NCBI GenBank assembly: GCA_016297915.1
Contig: JAEDFU010000005.1
Location: 5,546-69,545, forward strand
Origin: Clostridia bacterium
GTDB taxonomy: Bacteria > Bacillota > Clostridia > Christensenellales > UBA1242
Reading direction: 5' to 3'
DNA length: 64,000 nucleotides
Both the position numbers and the translations under genes were made by a program. The notes under the pieces are model-generated. The model made no database searches. It was not told where the DNA came from and saw only the letters and a program-made list of their open reading frames with translations. Below are positions 1 through 8,725 of the stretch, piece by piece; the first letter of the stretch is position 1; every line of letters starts with the position of its first letter.

Positions 1-2
1 TA

Positions 3-533
3 AATAGCCAAAAGAGTTTGTCTAACGATATTGTATTTGTAAATGTTTATGACAAAGATTTTGATTACTTAGATATCGTGGTTGTCAAGACAGATACGGA
101 TAATATTATTAAGCGAGTTGTGGGTGTTGCTGGCGACAAAATAGACATTGTGCTTGCAGACGGAACTTATAAGCTCGAAAGGAATGGGGAAATAATTGAC
201 GAGAGTTATATCGAAGTCACTTCCAATCCAACTATTCCTAATGATGAGAGAAACGGAATGTTCATGACTTATAAGAGATTTCAACAACTCAAAAGCAGTC
301 ATTCGGAGCTATTTGATGATGACGACAAATTAGTCGTGGCAAAAGATAGCATATTTGTGCTTGGGGATAATAGGCGTGTAAGTTTGGATAGTTCGTTTTA
401 TGGAACTTTTGATATGCCCAAAGTTGTAGGAAAGGTCGAAAGAATCAAATACTCAAACGAGAGCAATTTTAGTTTTTATTATTATTACATTATAAATGGA
501 GAATTTTTTAAAACACTTTCAAAGCTATTTTAA
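3..533 (+). CDS. lepB: Signal peptidase I (S26 family), 5'-truncated by the window edge
   Basis: KRVVGVAGDKI (catalytic-Lys box) and GDNRRVSLDSSFYG motifs. The frame stays open from nt 3 to the TTG at 18. The catalytic-Ser/TM region expected upstream is absent. Confidence 0.8.
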   Translation, partial: NSQKSLSNDIVFVNVYDKDFDYLDIVVVKTDTDNIIKRVVGVAGDKIDIVLADGTYKLERNGEIIDESYIEVTSNPTIPNDERNGMFMTYKRFQQLKSSHSELFDDDDKLVVAKDSIFVLGDNRRVSLDSSFYGTFDMPKVVGKVERIKYSNESNFSFYYYYIINGEFFKTLSKLF

Positions 534-556
534 CTAGCAAAAGATAAGGAGCTGTT

Positions 557-2017
557 ATGAAAAAAAATATATTAAAATTATTTGCCTTAGTTGCACTGAT
601 TTTCGGTGCTGTACTTTGTTCACATCAAGCGGATTTGTTTTTGCAAACAACGACTAATGACAAAAATATAGTAGTTTTGGCAGAAGAGCAAAATCCAGCC
701 AGTCCAGATATTAACGAGGGCGAAAACACAGACGACGACATTGCAGCACTTAGAGAAAAGATTAAAAATGAGGTTAATGTCGGCTATCCAGTTAATTCGA
801 CTTCTGATATTGTCGATACAAGACTATATAGTGCTCTTCTTAAGATTGTCAAAGACCGTATATTTGAAAAATATAACTATAATTATTCCGATCTTGATAC
901 ACTATATAGCAAGACATTTGCAAGTACAGAGCTTGCAATTGAGTCAATAGAGATAAGAGACTGGGATATCAGTTCGCTTGCTGGTTTGGAAATTTTGTCT
1001 TTCACAAACTTAAAGTCACTTACAATAGTTGGCAATAATCTAGGGGAGTTAAAAGAGGATTTGTTTCAGCGTATGCCAGCCTTGGAAAATCTAAATTTTG
1101 CATGCAACAAAATTTCCAAAATAAACTTTAAATATGCTCCAAAATTAAAGAATGTTAATCTTAGTACAAATAATTTGACTGCTGTGGATTTGACTTACTT
1201 TGTTGGCACTGATTTGGATATTAATCTTGCTAATAATCAATTTTCTTCGATAAAAAACATTAGTTTGCCAACAAGAGTCAATAGTATTAAGCTAAATATT
1301 GTTGCTAACAACATAAGCGACTTGACTGATGAATATCTCAGTTACAGCAAATTATCGCTAAATACTGGAGTTCAGGGAATTTCTGGAACTGACACAAAGT
1401 CGATAGATACATCCACAGCTCTTGATTTTTACAAAATCAATTTGGGTGGTGTTTACATCAAAATATTCAAATCTGGTGTAGGAGATACCCTTGTTGATGA
1501 AATCAAAGACACAAATATTACAGACAAAAAGTTAAGCAAAAAGTTTGGCGTCGGTGAGTACTATGTAGAATACTACAATGCAGACGGAACTTTGAGTTAT
1601 CAGAATAATAACGACGAAACTGCATATTTTAAGACTTACAAATTCAAAGTTATTCCAACCGCTTGCACTGCTAAGTTTGAATTCAAAGGCAAAATCTATG
1701 ATAATTTTCCAAACAAAGTTACAGGCAAGGTTAAGGTAATTTTGTCTTGTGAAGAGGGTGGCGAAATTTATTATAAGGTTGGTGACAACGATTGGACTCA
1801 GGGAAACGAAATTATGTGCGACAAGGGTGGAAATTATGGGATAACCGCCAAGGTTGTAATTGACGGAATAGAGAGCGAACAAAAGAGTTTTTTGGTGAAA
1901 ACATCTCTAAACCCAATTATTCCAGATATATTAATGTTAGTGCTTATTTTGATATTTACTTTGGCATTATTTTTAATCATAGTGCCTCTTGTTAGCAAAA
2001 AATGGTTTAGAAAATAA
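557..2017 (+). CDS. Leucine-rich-repeat surface protein with signal peptide and C-terminal TM anchor
   Basis: AAGGAG RBS upstream and a hydrophobic N-terminus. Repeated LxxLxLxxNxL units (LKSLTIVGNNLGEL, LENLNFACNKISKI, LKNVNLSTNNLTAV). C-terminal hydrophobic helix followed by KKWFRK. Confidence 0.75.
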   Translation: MKKNILKLFALVALIFGAVLCSHQADLFLQTTTNDKNIVVLAEEQNPASPDINEGENTDDDIAALREKIKNEVNVGYPVNSTSDIVDTRLYSALLKIVKDRIFEKYNYNYSDLDTLYSKTFASTELAIESIEIRDWDISSLAGLEILSFTNLKSLTIVGNNLGELKEDLFQRMPALENLNFACNKISKINFKYAPKLKNVNLSTNNLTAVDLTYFVGTDLDINLANNQFSSIKNISLPTRVNSIKLNIVANNISDLTDEYLSYSKLSLNTGVQGISGTDTKSIDTSTALDFYKINLGGVYIKIFKSGVGDTLVDEIKDTNITDKKLSKKFGVGEYYVEYYNADGTLSYQNNNDETAYFKTYKFKVIPTACTAKFEFKGKIYDNFPNKVTGKVKVILSCEEGGEIYYKVGDNDWTQGNEIMCDKGGNYGITAKVVIDGIESEQKSFLVKTSLNPIIPDILMLVLILIFTLALFLIIVPLVSKKWFRK

Positions 2018-2038
2018 AAAATAAAACTACTTGGCTAC

Positions 2039-2067
2039 TTGAACTATTGGTTTATTTTTGCTAAAAT
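2039..2067 (+). promoter_or_regulatory. Sigma-A-type promoter upstream of prfB (TTGAAC-17 nt-TAAAAT)
   Basis: Hexamers at 2039-2044 and 2062-2067 with a 17-nt spacer, about 30 nt before the prfB ATG. Confidence 0.5.
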
Positions 2068-2095
2068 AGCAAAAGTCAAAAAAGGAAATTAAATT

Positions 2096-3194
2096 ATGAT
2101 ACTTAATGATCAAAAAGAAAAATTAGAAAAAATCGTCGGCAATTTGAAAATAATTGCCGACTGTCTTTGACGAAGAAAATTTACTCAAAGAACTAGAACA
2201 AAAGAAAGAGGAGAGCCTAAAACCTGAGGTTTATTCAAATCCAGCACTCTGTAGTTCTATTAACAAAACTATCAAAAAAATAACTTTTGAATTAGAAAAG
2301 TTGTCGTCATCACGCAAAAAAATCAGTGATATCAAAGACTACATTGACCTAACAGAGCTTGAGGGCGATGAGGGAATGGTTGGAGATATAGATAGTTCAA
2401 TTGAGACACTTGAGACTGAGGTTGGCGAGTTGTATCTACAAACACTACTTTCGGGCGAATATGATAATAACAATGCTTATGTCAAAATTCATAGTGGCGC
2501 TGGTGGAACAGAGGCTTGTGACTGGGCTGGAATGCTTCAGAGAATGTATCAAATGTTTGCTGACAAAAATGATTTCAAGTGGCAAATAACCGACAAAATT
2601 GACGGCGACGGTGCAGGGGTTAAGAGTGTTACTCTCAAAATCATTGGAGACAATGCTTATGGCTATCTCAAGAGCGAAATGGGGGTGCATAGACTTGTGA
2701 GAATTAGCCCATTTGACGCAAACAAGCGAAGACATACAAGCTTTGCGTCCGTTGAGGTTATGCCAGAGATTGACCAAAATGTTGAGATAGAGATTAGACC
2801 AGAAGATCTTAAGGTTGATGTTTATAGGTCTGGTGGTGCTGGTGGACAGCATGTAAATACAACAGACAGTGCAGTTAGAATTACACATTTGCCTACTGGA
2901 ATAATAGTTGCGTGTCAACAAGAACGCTCACAGCTAAAAAATAGAGAAATGGCCATGGAAATGCTCAAGAGCAAGTTGCTTGCTCTAGAACTAGACAAAA
3001 AGATGCAAGAGAGTTTGGCTCTCAAGGGTGATGCCAAAAAGATTGAATGGGGCAGCCAGATTCGTAGTTATGTCTTTTGCCCATACACAATGGTCAAGGA
3101 CCACAGAACTGGCTACGAGACAAGTGATGTCTATGGCGTAATGGACGGCAATATCAAAGAATTTATTTTTGAATTTTTGAAATTAATTAATTAA
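2096..3194 (+). CDS. prfB: Peptide chain release factor 2, made by programmed +1 frameshift at CTT TGA C (2165-2171)
   Basis: ATG at 2096 opens 24 codons that end at in-frame TGA 2168-2170. A +1 shift joins the 2154-3194 frame, which carries the SPF (RISPFDAN) and GGQ (SGGAGGQHVN) motifs. Confidence 0.9.
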
Positions 3195-3206
3195 AAAGAG
3201 AAATTT

Positions 3207-4301
3207 ATGTACAAAGAAATTGCAAAAGCAAAATTTGCTAAACTACAAAAAGAAAGCAAGACAAGAGATATTTATATTCTTGGCATTGAGAGTAGTTGCG
3301 ATGAGACGAGTATAGCTGTTGTCAAAAATGGCAGAGAGGTACTATCCAATGTAATAGCAACACAAATAGAAATTCATGCAAGATTTGGCGGTGTTGTGCC
3401 AGAGGTTGCAAGTCGAAATCATCTAATGGCGATAGATAGTGTTTTGGATGAGGCTCTAGCGCAAGCAGGCAAGACTTTGGATGAGATTGACGCAATAGCC
3501 GTTACATATGGTGCAGGGCTTGTTGGTGCTCTTATGGTTGGTGTTAATTATGCCAAGGCTTTGGCATATGCCAAGCAGTTGCCATTGATTGCTGTTAATC
3601 ATATCAAAGGACACATCAGCGCAAATTATTTGACTAACAAGGAATTACAACCCCCATTTGTGTCTCTTGTGGTAAGTGGTGGACACACTGCTCTTCTCAA
3701 AATCAAAGACTATGACAAATTTGACATGCTAGGCTCAACCACAGATGACGCTTTGGGTGAGTGTTATGACAAGGTTGCCAAATGCTTGGGACTAGGATAT
3801 CCAGGTGGTGTCAAGGTGGATAAGAGGGCAAAAGAGGGAGTGGACAATATCAAATTTATTACTCACGAAATGTTGCCTGGCACTTATGATTTTAGCTTTA
3901 GTGGAGTCAAGACTCAAATAATCAATTATGTTCACAAACTAAAACAAGCGGGCGATAATATCCCTGTAAACGATATCTGTGCGTCTTTTCAAAACCAAGT
4001 CATTGAGCAAGTTGTAAACAAGTCTATCAAGGCTTCAATCAAAGACAAGAGCAAGACCTTGGTTGTCGGCGGTGGAGTATCTGCAAACTCGGCGTTGCGA
4101 GAAAAACTCGAAAAGGCAGGTCTTGATAACGGAGTCAAAGTGTACTTCCCTCAAATCAAATTATCTGGCGACAATGGTGCAATGATTGCAAGTGAGGGGT
4201 ATTTTCAATTAATATCAGGCAAGGGGCTAGCTCTTCTTGACTTGACACCTGCTCCAAATATTAATCTTAAGTCGGAACGCCGTAGAGAAAAAAATATCTA
4301 A
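3207..4301 (+). CDS. tsaD: tRNA N6-adenosine threonylcarbamoyltransferase (Kae1/Gcp family)
   Basis: ILGIESSCDETSIAVV N-terminus; HIKGHI and VSGGHT motifs; length about 360 aa. Confidence 0.9.
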   Translation: MYKEIAKAKFAKLQKESKTRDIYILGIESSCDETSIAVVKNGREVLSNVIATQIEIHARFGGVVPEVASRNHLMAIDSVLDEALAQAGKTLDEIDAIAVTYGAGLVGALMVGVNYAKALAYAKQLPLIAVNHIKGHISANYLTNKELQPPFVSLVVSGGHTALLKIKDYDKFDMLGSTTDDALGECYDKVAKCLGLGYPGGVKVDKRAKEGVDNIKFITHEMLPGTYDFSFSGVKTQIINYVHKLKQAGDNIPVNDICASFQNQVIEQVVNKSIKASIKDKSKTLVVGGGVSANSALREKLEKAGLDNGVKVYFPQIKLSGDNGAMIASEGYFQLISGKGLALLDLTPAPNINLKSERRREKNI

Positions 4302-4303
4302 GA

Positions 4304-4379
4304 TCAAAAAAAACTTCAGTAATACTGTTTGGATACCAAAATTGTATCAACCAAAAAGTTTATTCTACTGAAGTTTTTT
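4304..4379. terminator. Bidirectional intrinsic terminator between convergent tsaD and degV
   Basis: ACTTCAGTA (4313-4321) pairs with TACTGAAGT (4366-4374). An A-run lies on the left and a T-run on the right. Confidence 0.6.
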
Positions 4380-4431
4380 CTTTTTTAATAATAATTTGTT
4401 TATGTATTTTATTCTAAAAATAAGATATCTC

Positions 4432-5268
4432 TTAGTTGTTAAGGAATAGCACGCCAATACAGTTTGGGCCACAGTGACTAGATATTGTGCCACCAGCTAG
4501 TGTATTGTAGATATTCTTAAATCCTCTTTCTTTTAGCTTGGCAGTTAGTATTTCCTCTGCTTCTGGCATTGGTGAAGAGTGAGTTATAAATACATTTTCA
4601 AGAACTGGATTTGGATTTTCTACTAGCAAATCGTCAAGATATTTGCCAACAACTTTTGACATTCCGCCCATGTATTTTTTGCCAACGACCATCCTGCCGT
4701 TTGATAGTATGATTTGAGGTTTGATTTTGAGTATGTTGGCGCCGAGTAGGGCAAGTGCGGAGCATCTTCCACCTTTGTATAGATAGTTAAGTTTCTCAAT
4801 TACAAATCCTGCCTGTACATTGCTTGCAAGCCCAGTTAGTGTTTGATAAATCTCACTTGGTTGTTTGCCTTGGTCTACAAGCTCTTTGCCTCTGATTGCA
4901 AGCAAGGCAATTCCTGTGGATAATGATTTGCTATCTACTACAAAGACATTTTCCATATCTTTGGCAACTAAGCAGGCATTGTTGTAAGCACTGCTGATAA
5001 GTGAACTTAGTGATACATGGATTATTGCATCATAATCTTTTTTCAAATTTTCAAAATGTGTTTGAAATTGGTCAGGGCTTACAGCACTGGTCTTTGGAAG
5101 TTTTTTTGTTTTGTCAACAAATTCAAAAATTTCTTTGGATACTCCAAAGTGATCCTCAACTAACTTGTCGTTGAAGTTTATTGTAAATGGAGTTGTGTGG
5201 ATGTCAAATTTGTCAAGCATTTCTTGAGGAAGATCAATTGTGCTTTCGGCTGATATTACTATTTTCAT
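4432..5268 (-). CDS. DegV family fatty-acid-binding protein
   Basis: MKIVISAESTIDLP N-terminus and overall DegV-like pattern, about 278 aa. Confidence 0.8.
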   Translation of the reverse strand: MKIVISAESTIDLPQEMLDKFDIHTTPFTINFNDKLVEDHFGVSKEIFEFVDKTKKLPKTSAVSPDQFQTHFENLKKDYDAIIHVSLSSLISSAYNNACLVAKDMENVFVVDSKSLSTGIALLAIRGKELVDQGKQPSEIYQTLTGLASNVQAGFVIEKLNYLYKGGRCSALALLGANILKIKPQIILSNGRMVVGKKYMGGMSKVVGKYLDDLLVENPNPVLENVFITHSSPMPEAEEILTAKLKERGFKNIYNTLAGGTISSHCGPNCIGVLFLNN

Positions 5269-5296
5269 AAGTCATTATTCTCCTAGATTTTTGTCG

Positions 5297-5344
5297 TATT
5301 TTGAAAACAAGAAAACATTTTGCTGTTTGTTATTTTGAAAACAA
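5297..5344. repeat. Two copies of TATTTTGAAAACAA spaced 34 bp apart in the degV upstream region
   Basis: Identical 14-mers at 5297-5310 and 5331-5344. Each contains the mini-palindrome TTTTG-AAAA-CAAAA. Confidence 0.6.
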
Positions 5345-5415
5345 AATGCCCTTATTTAATCTCAATAGTATTTTATTAAAAACTTTTTGAAAAAACACCC
5401 TAATCTAACAAAATT

Positions 5416-5477
5416 CAACTCTCTATCTAAAAACATCAATTCTCTTGCAAAAAATGCAACTCTCTTGGCAAGAGAGT
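5416..5477. promoter_or_regulatory. Candidate operator array: perfect 19-bp palindrome plus two direct half-site copies, just upstream of the XRE gene promoter
   Basis: ACTCTCTTG-G-CAAGAGAGT at 5459-5477. Half-site-like CAACTCTCT (5416-5424) and CAATTCTCTTG (5438-5448). Promoter TTGTCT-17-TAAAAT at 5490-5518. Confidence 0.45.
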
Positions 5478-5543
5478 GACATATTTTGCTTGTCTAAATA
5501 TATTATATATGCTAAAATATTGCAGAAAATAAATAAATTTGGA

Positions 5544-6131
5544 ATGTATATGACAAGCGAAGATATAAAACATAATTTTTCCGAAAATTTAATAAAATTA
5601 CGCAAAGCCAAAAACTTGACTCAGCTCGAGCTTGCCGAAAAACTTAATTACTCAGACAAGGCTGTATCCAAATGGGAAGTTGGAAGTGTGCTTCCGGATG
5701 TCGAAACAATGACGCACATAGCTGAGTTTTTTGGAATAACAATCAACGATTTGATTTATGCCAAAAAACGAAATGTGCTAAGAGAGTTTTATAAGACACA
5801 TCTATTTATGACGCTACTTGTAAGTGTTAGTTTGTGGTTTGTAGCTACCATAATATTTTTTGTTCTTGACTCGGCAACAACGCTAGTTAGACCATGGCTT
5901 ACATATATCTACACTATTCCTGTCAATGCGATAGTGCTAATTGTGTTTTCGGCATTGTGGTTCAAAAAGTTTCACTTGTATTTATCTATGTCAGCACTGC
6001 TTTGGGGAATAATTGTATGTATATATCTGCAAATCAACAATAGCGCGCTTTGGTTTATATTTATAGTAGGGCTTATTGGGCAGATTGTCTTGACATGTGC
6101 TATGCCACTCAAAAAAAAGAAAATTAAGTAG
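5544..6131 (+). CDS. Membrane-anchored XRE-family HTH regulator (HTH plus about 4 TM helices)
   Basis: NLIKLRKAKNLTQLELAEKLNYSDKAVSKWEVG HTH_3-type motif, then four hydrophobic segments. The start is moved to ATG 5544 because the track's 5445 start lies upstream of the predicted promoter. Confidence 0.75.
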   Translation: MYMTSEDIKHNFSENLIKLRKAKNLTQLELAEKLNYSDKAVSKWEVGSVLPDVETMTHIAEFFGITINDLIYAKKRNVLREFYKTHLFMTLLVSVSLWFVATIIFFVLDSATTLVRPWLTYIYTIPVNAIVLIVFSALWFKKFHLYLSMSALLWGIIVCIYLQINNSALWFIFIVGLIGQIVLTCAMPLKKKKIK

Positions 6132-6171
6132 TACGATGTAAATACTACAACAAAAGAGAAATGGAGAAAAT

Positions 6172-7383
6172 ATGAAAATACTTGAGACAAGCGATTGGAA
6201 ATATAGAATTGCATTTGATAATATAACTTACAAAAATGTCAAAAGATATAGTCTCATGCTCAATACTTATGAGCGTGAGATTATGGACGAGCAAATAAAC
6301 TTTTTTCGTAAACACTTTTCAATTTGTCAAGTCATGGATCATTTTAAAAAGCTAAAAACAAAGACGGATAGAGAGACTTTTATAAAAGCTGTACTCAAAA
6401 GACAAGACGGTATTTACTATTTGCCATTGCAATTAAAAAGTTATATGCTCAAAAAAATTCGTACAGAATTCAAAGACTACTCGCAGTTTTTTGAATTGCT
6501 ACTAAACAAAGCTCTAAATCAGAGCAAAACAAATATTGTAAGAATTCTCTATAAAAATGTTCTCAAAGATTACTTTGCCCCAAGTTTTAGACTTGTTTGC
6601 AAATATCGCAAACAGCAAGAAATTCCTGTTATTCAAAAAATGCTCAAGCCTGAGGCATATCTAAATACTGCCAGAAGCCTAATTCATGATTTGCAGTTTG
6701 ACTACAAATTATCTCAGGTGTTTGGCAGGAGCTCCATTCGAAAGAGTGTGCCAATTTCAATCGTTGATGATTATGGATATGGTGAATGGATAAGCAAAAA
6801 TGTTAGTTACAACAATAATAGATTTTTTATCTATAGCAATCACAACAAATTAACAGATGTTGCCCTCAAGCACATGGTATACTTTAATGTTTATCCGGGT
6901 TATGGTTATTTTTATAATACAGTAGCCTCCGATGTGACCAAAAACACATGTTTTGATAATGGTGCATCGCTTATTATCAATGGCTGGGCAATGTATGCAA
7001 TGTGTCGAAATGGCGGAACGGCTTACTCACAAAACTTTTTGATAGAAGGTTCAAATATAGCTTGGATGCTATTTAACAAAAATTTGGAAAAGGCATACGA
7101 AAGCGTATATGTATATCTCCTTGGCAAGTATCCAAAGTCCAAAGCCATGGATTATATGCTGGACTATACTCAAAAACCGGGACATTATCTAAGTTATGTA
7201 ATGGGCGAAGTTGCGATTGAGGTTGCAATGAGCAAGGGATTTGCAAGCACGCCAATTGAGTTTTTGGAAAATTTAAGTCAGGTTAATGTGGGCGATTATA
7301 TTTGCTTGTATAATCCAAAAAAGCAACGAAAGATTGGCAGGAATGTAATTACTAGCAAAGTTGTCGAAAAATTTTATAAATAA
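6172..7383 (+). CDS. Hypothetical protein with weak DUF885-like C-terminal half
   Basis: RBS GGAGAAAA upstream. NGWAMYAM and PGHYLSYVMGEVAIE resemble DUF885 signature regions, but no HExxH-like motif was seen. Confidence 0.3.
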   Translation: MKILETSDWKYRIAFDNITYKNVKRYSLMLNTYEREIMDEQINFFRKHFSICQVMDHFKKLKTKTDRETFIKAVLKRQDGIYYLPLQLKSYMLKKIRTEFKDYSQFFELLLNKALNQSKTNIVRILYKNVLKDYFAPSFRLVCKYRKQQEIPVIQKMLKPEAYLNTARSLIHDLQFDYKLSQVFGRSSIRKSVPISIVDDYGYGEWISKNVSYNNNRFFIYSNHNKLTDVALKHMVYFNVYPGYGYFYNTVASDVTKNTCFDNGASLIINGWAMYAMCRNGGTAYSQNFLIEGSNIAWMLFNKNLEKAYESVYVYLLGKYPKSKAMDYMLDYTQKPGHYLSYVMGEVAIEVAMSKGFASTPIEFLENLSQVNVGDYICLYNPKKQRKIGRNVITSKVVEKFYK

Positions 7384-7436
7384 AAAAAGACTTAAATATT
7401 TCAACTTAATTACAAGTTAAATATTTAAGTTTTTTT
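7384..7436. terminator. Bidirectional intrinsic terminator
   Basis: Long AT-rich hairpin GACTTAAATATTT...AAATATTTAAGT flanked by an A-run and a T-run, between convergent genes. Confidence 0.6.
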
Positions 7437-7449
7437 GTTACAAAAGATT

Positions 7450-8250
7450 TTACTTTGCGACAAAATCAATTTCGTAATCTTTGTCAAAATCTTCAAAGTT
7501 TCCGTCTAGATTACATGCAATCTCATAGTGTTTGCTAAATTTGATGTGTTTATCGTATTTTTTGAGTATCCTTGGCCAGTTTTCCAATTTTTGATTTGGA
7601 GCATCGCAAGGGCAAAGCTTGATTATATATGGCTTTTTGGCAACGACACAACTGCTAACTATAGGTTCTATTGCAGAGCAGGGCTTATTCCCTGTTACAA
7701 AATCATATTCGGACACATCTGTGCCTGCTTTGAAATAACTATCCTCTGGGTTAATATCTATGCTTCTTAGTGTTTCGTCCGATACTACAAATTTGTCCAT
7801 TGATGTAATTCCACCCAGTATTCTTGCCAGCAAAATAGATGAATATGGGATTTTTCCACTCCCAACTTCCAATGTGTTTGGCTTGTAATTTCCCAAATAA
7901 TGTTCAACAAGTCTTACATAATCCTCTTGACCACGCCTGTAGTAATCCATGTGTTTGCTATTAATAACGCCTAAGTATGCTGATATTTGCTGGGCTAGTT
8001 GTTTGACTACTCGAAAATCCTCATTTGAGATTTTTCCGTTGCTGTCTCTAGTAATTCCAGCAAAATCCCCAATATTTTCCTCAACAAATTCTCTAAAGTC
8101 TGTTTTGCTGATATTGAAAAAGTCGCCATAGTTTGTAATTTCTGTAGTTGTATATACTTTGAATAAGTGTTCAATAGTATACTTGCCATAAAATCCATAG
8201 TCGTGATTTTTCAATTCATTTTTGAGATTAATATATGTTAATGCTTTCAT
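7450..8250 (-). CDS. Hypothetical protein, possible Rossmann/SAM-MTase-like core
   Basis: LEVGSGKIPYSSILLA resembles MTase motif I. Start set at ATG 8250, preceded by GGGGATTGGGAAA (the track starts at GTG 8265). Confidence 0.3.
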   Translation of the reverse strand: MKALTYINLKNELKNHDYGFYGKYTIEHLFKVYTTTEITNYGDFFNISKTDFREFVEENIGDFAGITRDSNGKISNEDFRVVKQLAQQISAYLGVINSKHMDYYRRGQEDYVRLVEHYLGNYKPNTLEVGSGKIPYSSILLARILGGITSMDKFVVSDETLRSIDINPEDSYFKAGTDVSEYDFVTGNKPCSAIEPIVSSCVVAKKPYIIKLCPCDAPNQKLENWPRILKKYDKHIKFSKHYEIACNLDGNFEDFDKDYEIDFVAK

Positions 8251-8276
8251 TTTCCCAATCCCCACATATTTCTTTG

Positions 8277-8305
8277 ATTATACACCTTGTATTTATCAAA
8301 GTCAA
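8277..8305 (-). promoter_or_regulatory. Consensus-like promoter for the 7450-8250 gene (TTGACT-17-TATAAT on the minus strand)
   Basis: Minus strand reads TTGACTttgataaatacaaggtgTATAAT. Hexamers map to 8300-8305 and 8277-8282. Confidence 0.6.
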
Positions 8306-8394
8306 TAGGGCTATTTTTGCTTTGAATAAAATGTCATACGCAAAATAGTTTCTCAAAAAGATTTTTTGCCAAAAATCCAATGAATTAGGGGATT

Positions 8395-8631
8395 TGTGGA
8401 TGTGTACAAAAGTTATCCACATTTGCACACCCTAATTTTTATAAATTTTTATGCATATTTATTAAAAAGTGAATATTTTTGCATAAAAATGTATAAAATC
8501 GACCCAAAAGTGACTAAGTTATCCACTTATCCACAATAAATTTGGCATTTATGCACAATTCATGTTTGAAAAAGTTTCTAAAAGAGGTTCAAAAAATGCC
8601 TAAATGTGAATAACTGTGTGAGTTATCCACA
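8395..8631 (+). promoter_or_regulatory. DnaA-box cluster with AT-rich core
   Basis: TTATCCACA at 8413-8421, 8527-8535 and 8623-8631; TTATCCACT at 8519-8527. Inverted near-matches TGTGGATGT (8395-8403) and TGTGAATAA (8605-8613). A very AT-rich stretch at about 8432-8506 lies between the boxes. Confidence 0.7.
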
Positions 8632-8725
8632 TGTCTAGACCCCCAAAATGCATATCTGATTGCTTATATTCATAAAAAATTTTAATGAATAAATCAAGTC
8701 AAATATGCACTATAATTGTATAAAG

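Noticed and set aside
5445-5543. Upstream extensions of ORF-track starts: 5445, 8265, 23415, 24711, 43163, 44025, 49516, 49908, 49950, 51738, 58671 and 61445.
   Set aside because: The extensions lack an RBS and run through predicted promoters, an SOS box, terminators or the preceding gene. In-frame downstream ATGs with good RBSs give N-termini that match the families.
8228-8428. 66-aa ORF overlapping the first DnaA boxes.
   Set aside because: It has no RBS and overlaps the promoter and 5' end of the 7450-8250 gene. The region is better explained as regulatory DNA.
8266-8725. Calling this gap the chromosomal replication origin outright.
   Set aside because: There is no dnaA or dnaN adjacent. 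Genes to the left (prfB, tsaD, LRR) are co-oriented with genes to the right instead of diverging. It is kept only as one hypothesis in the findings.
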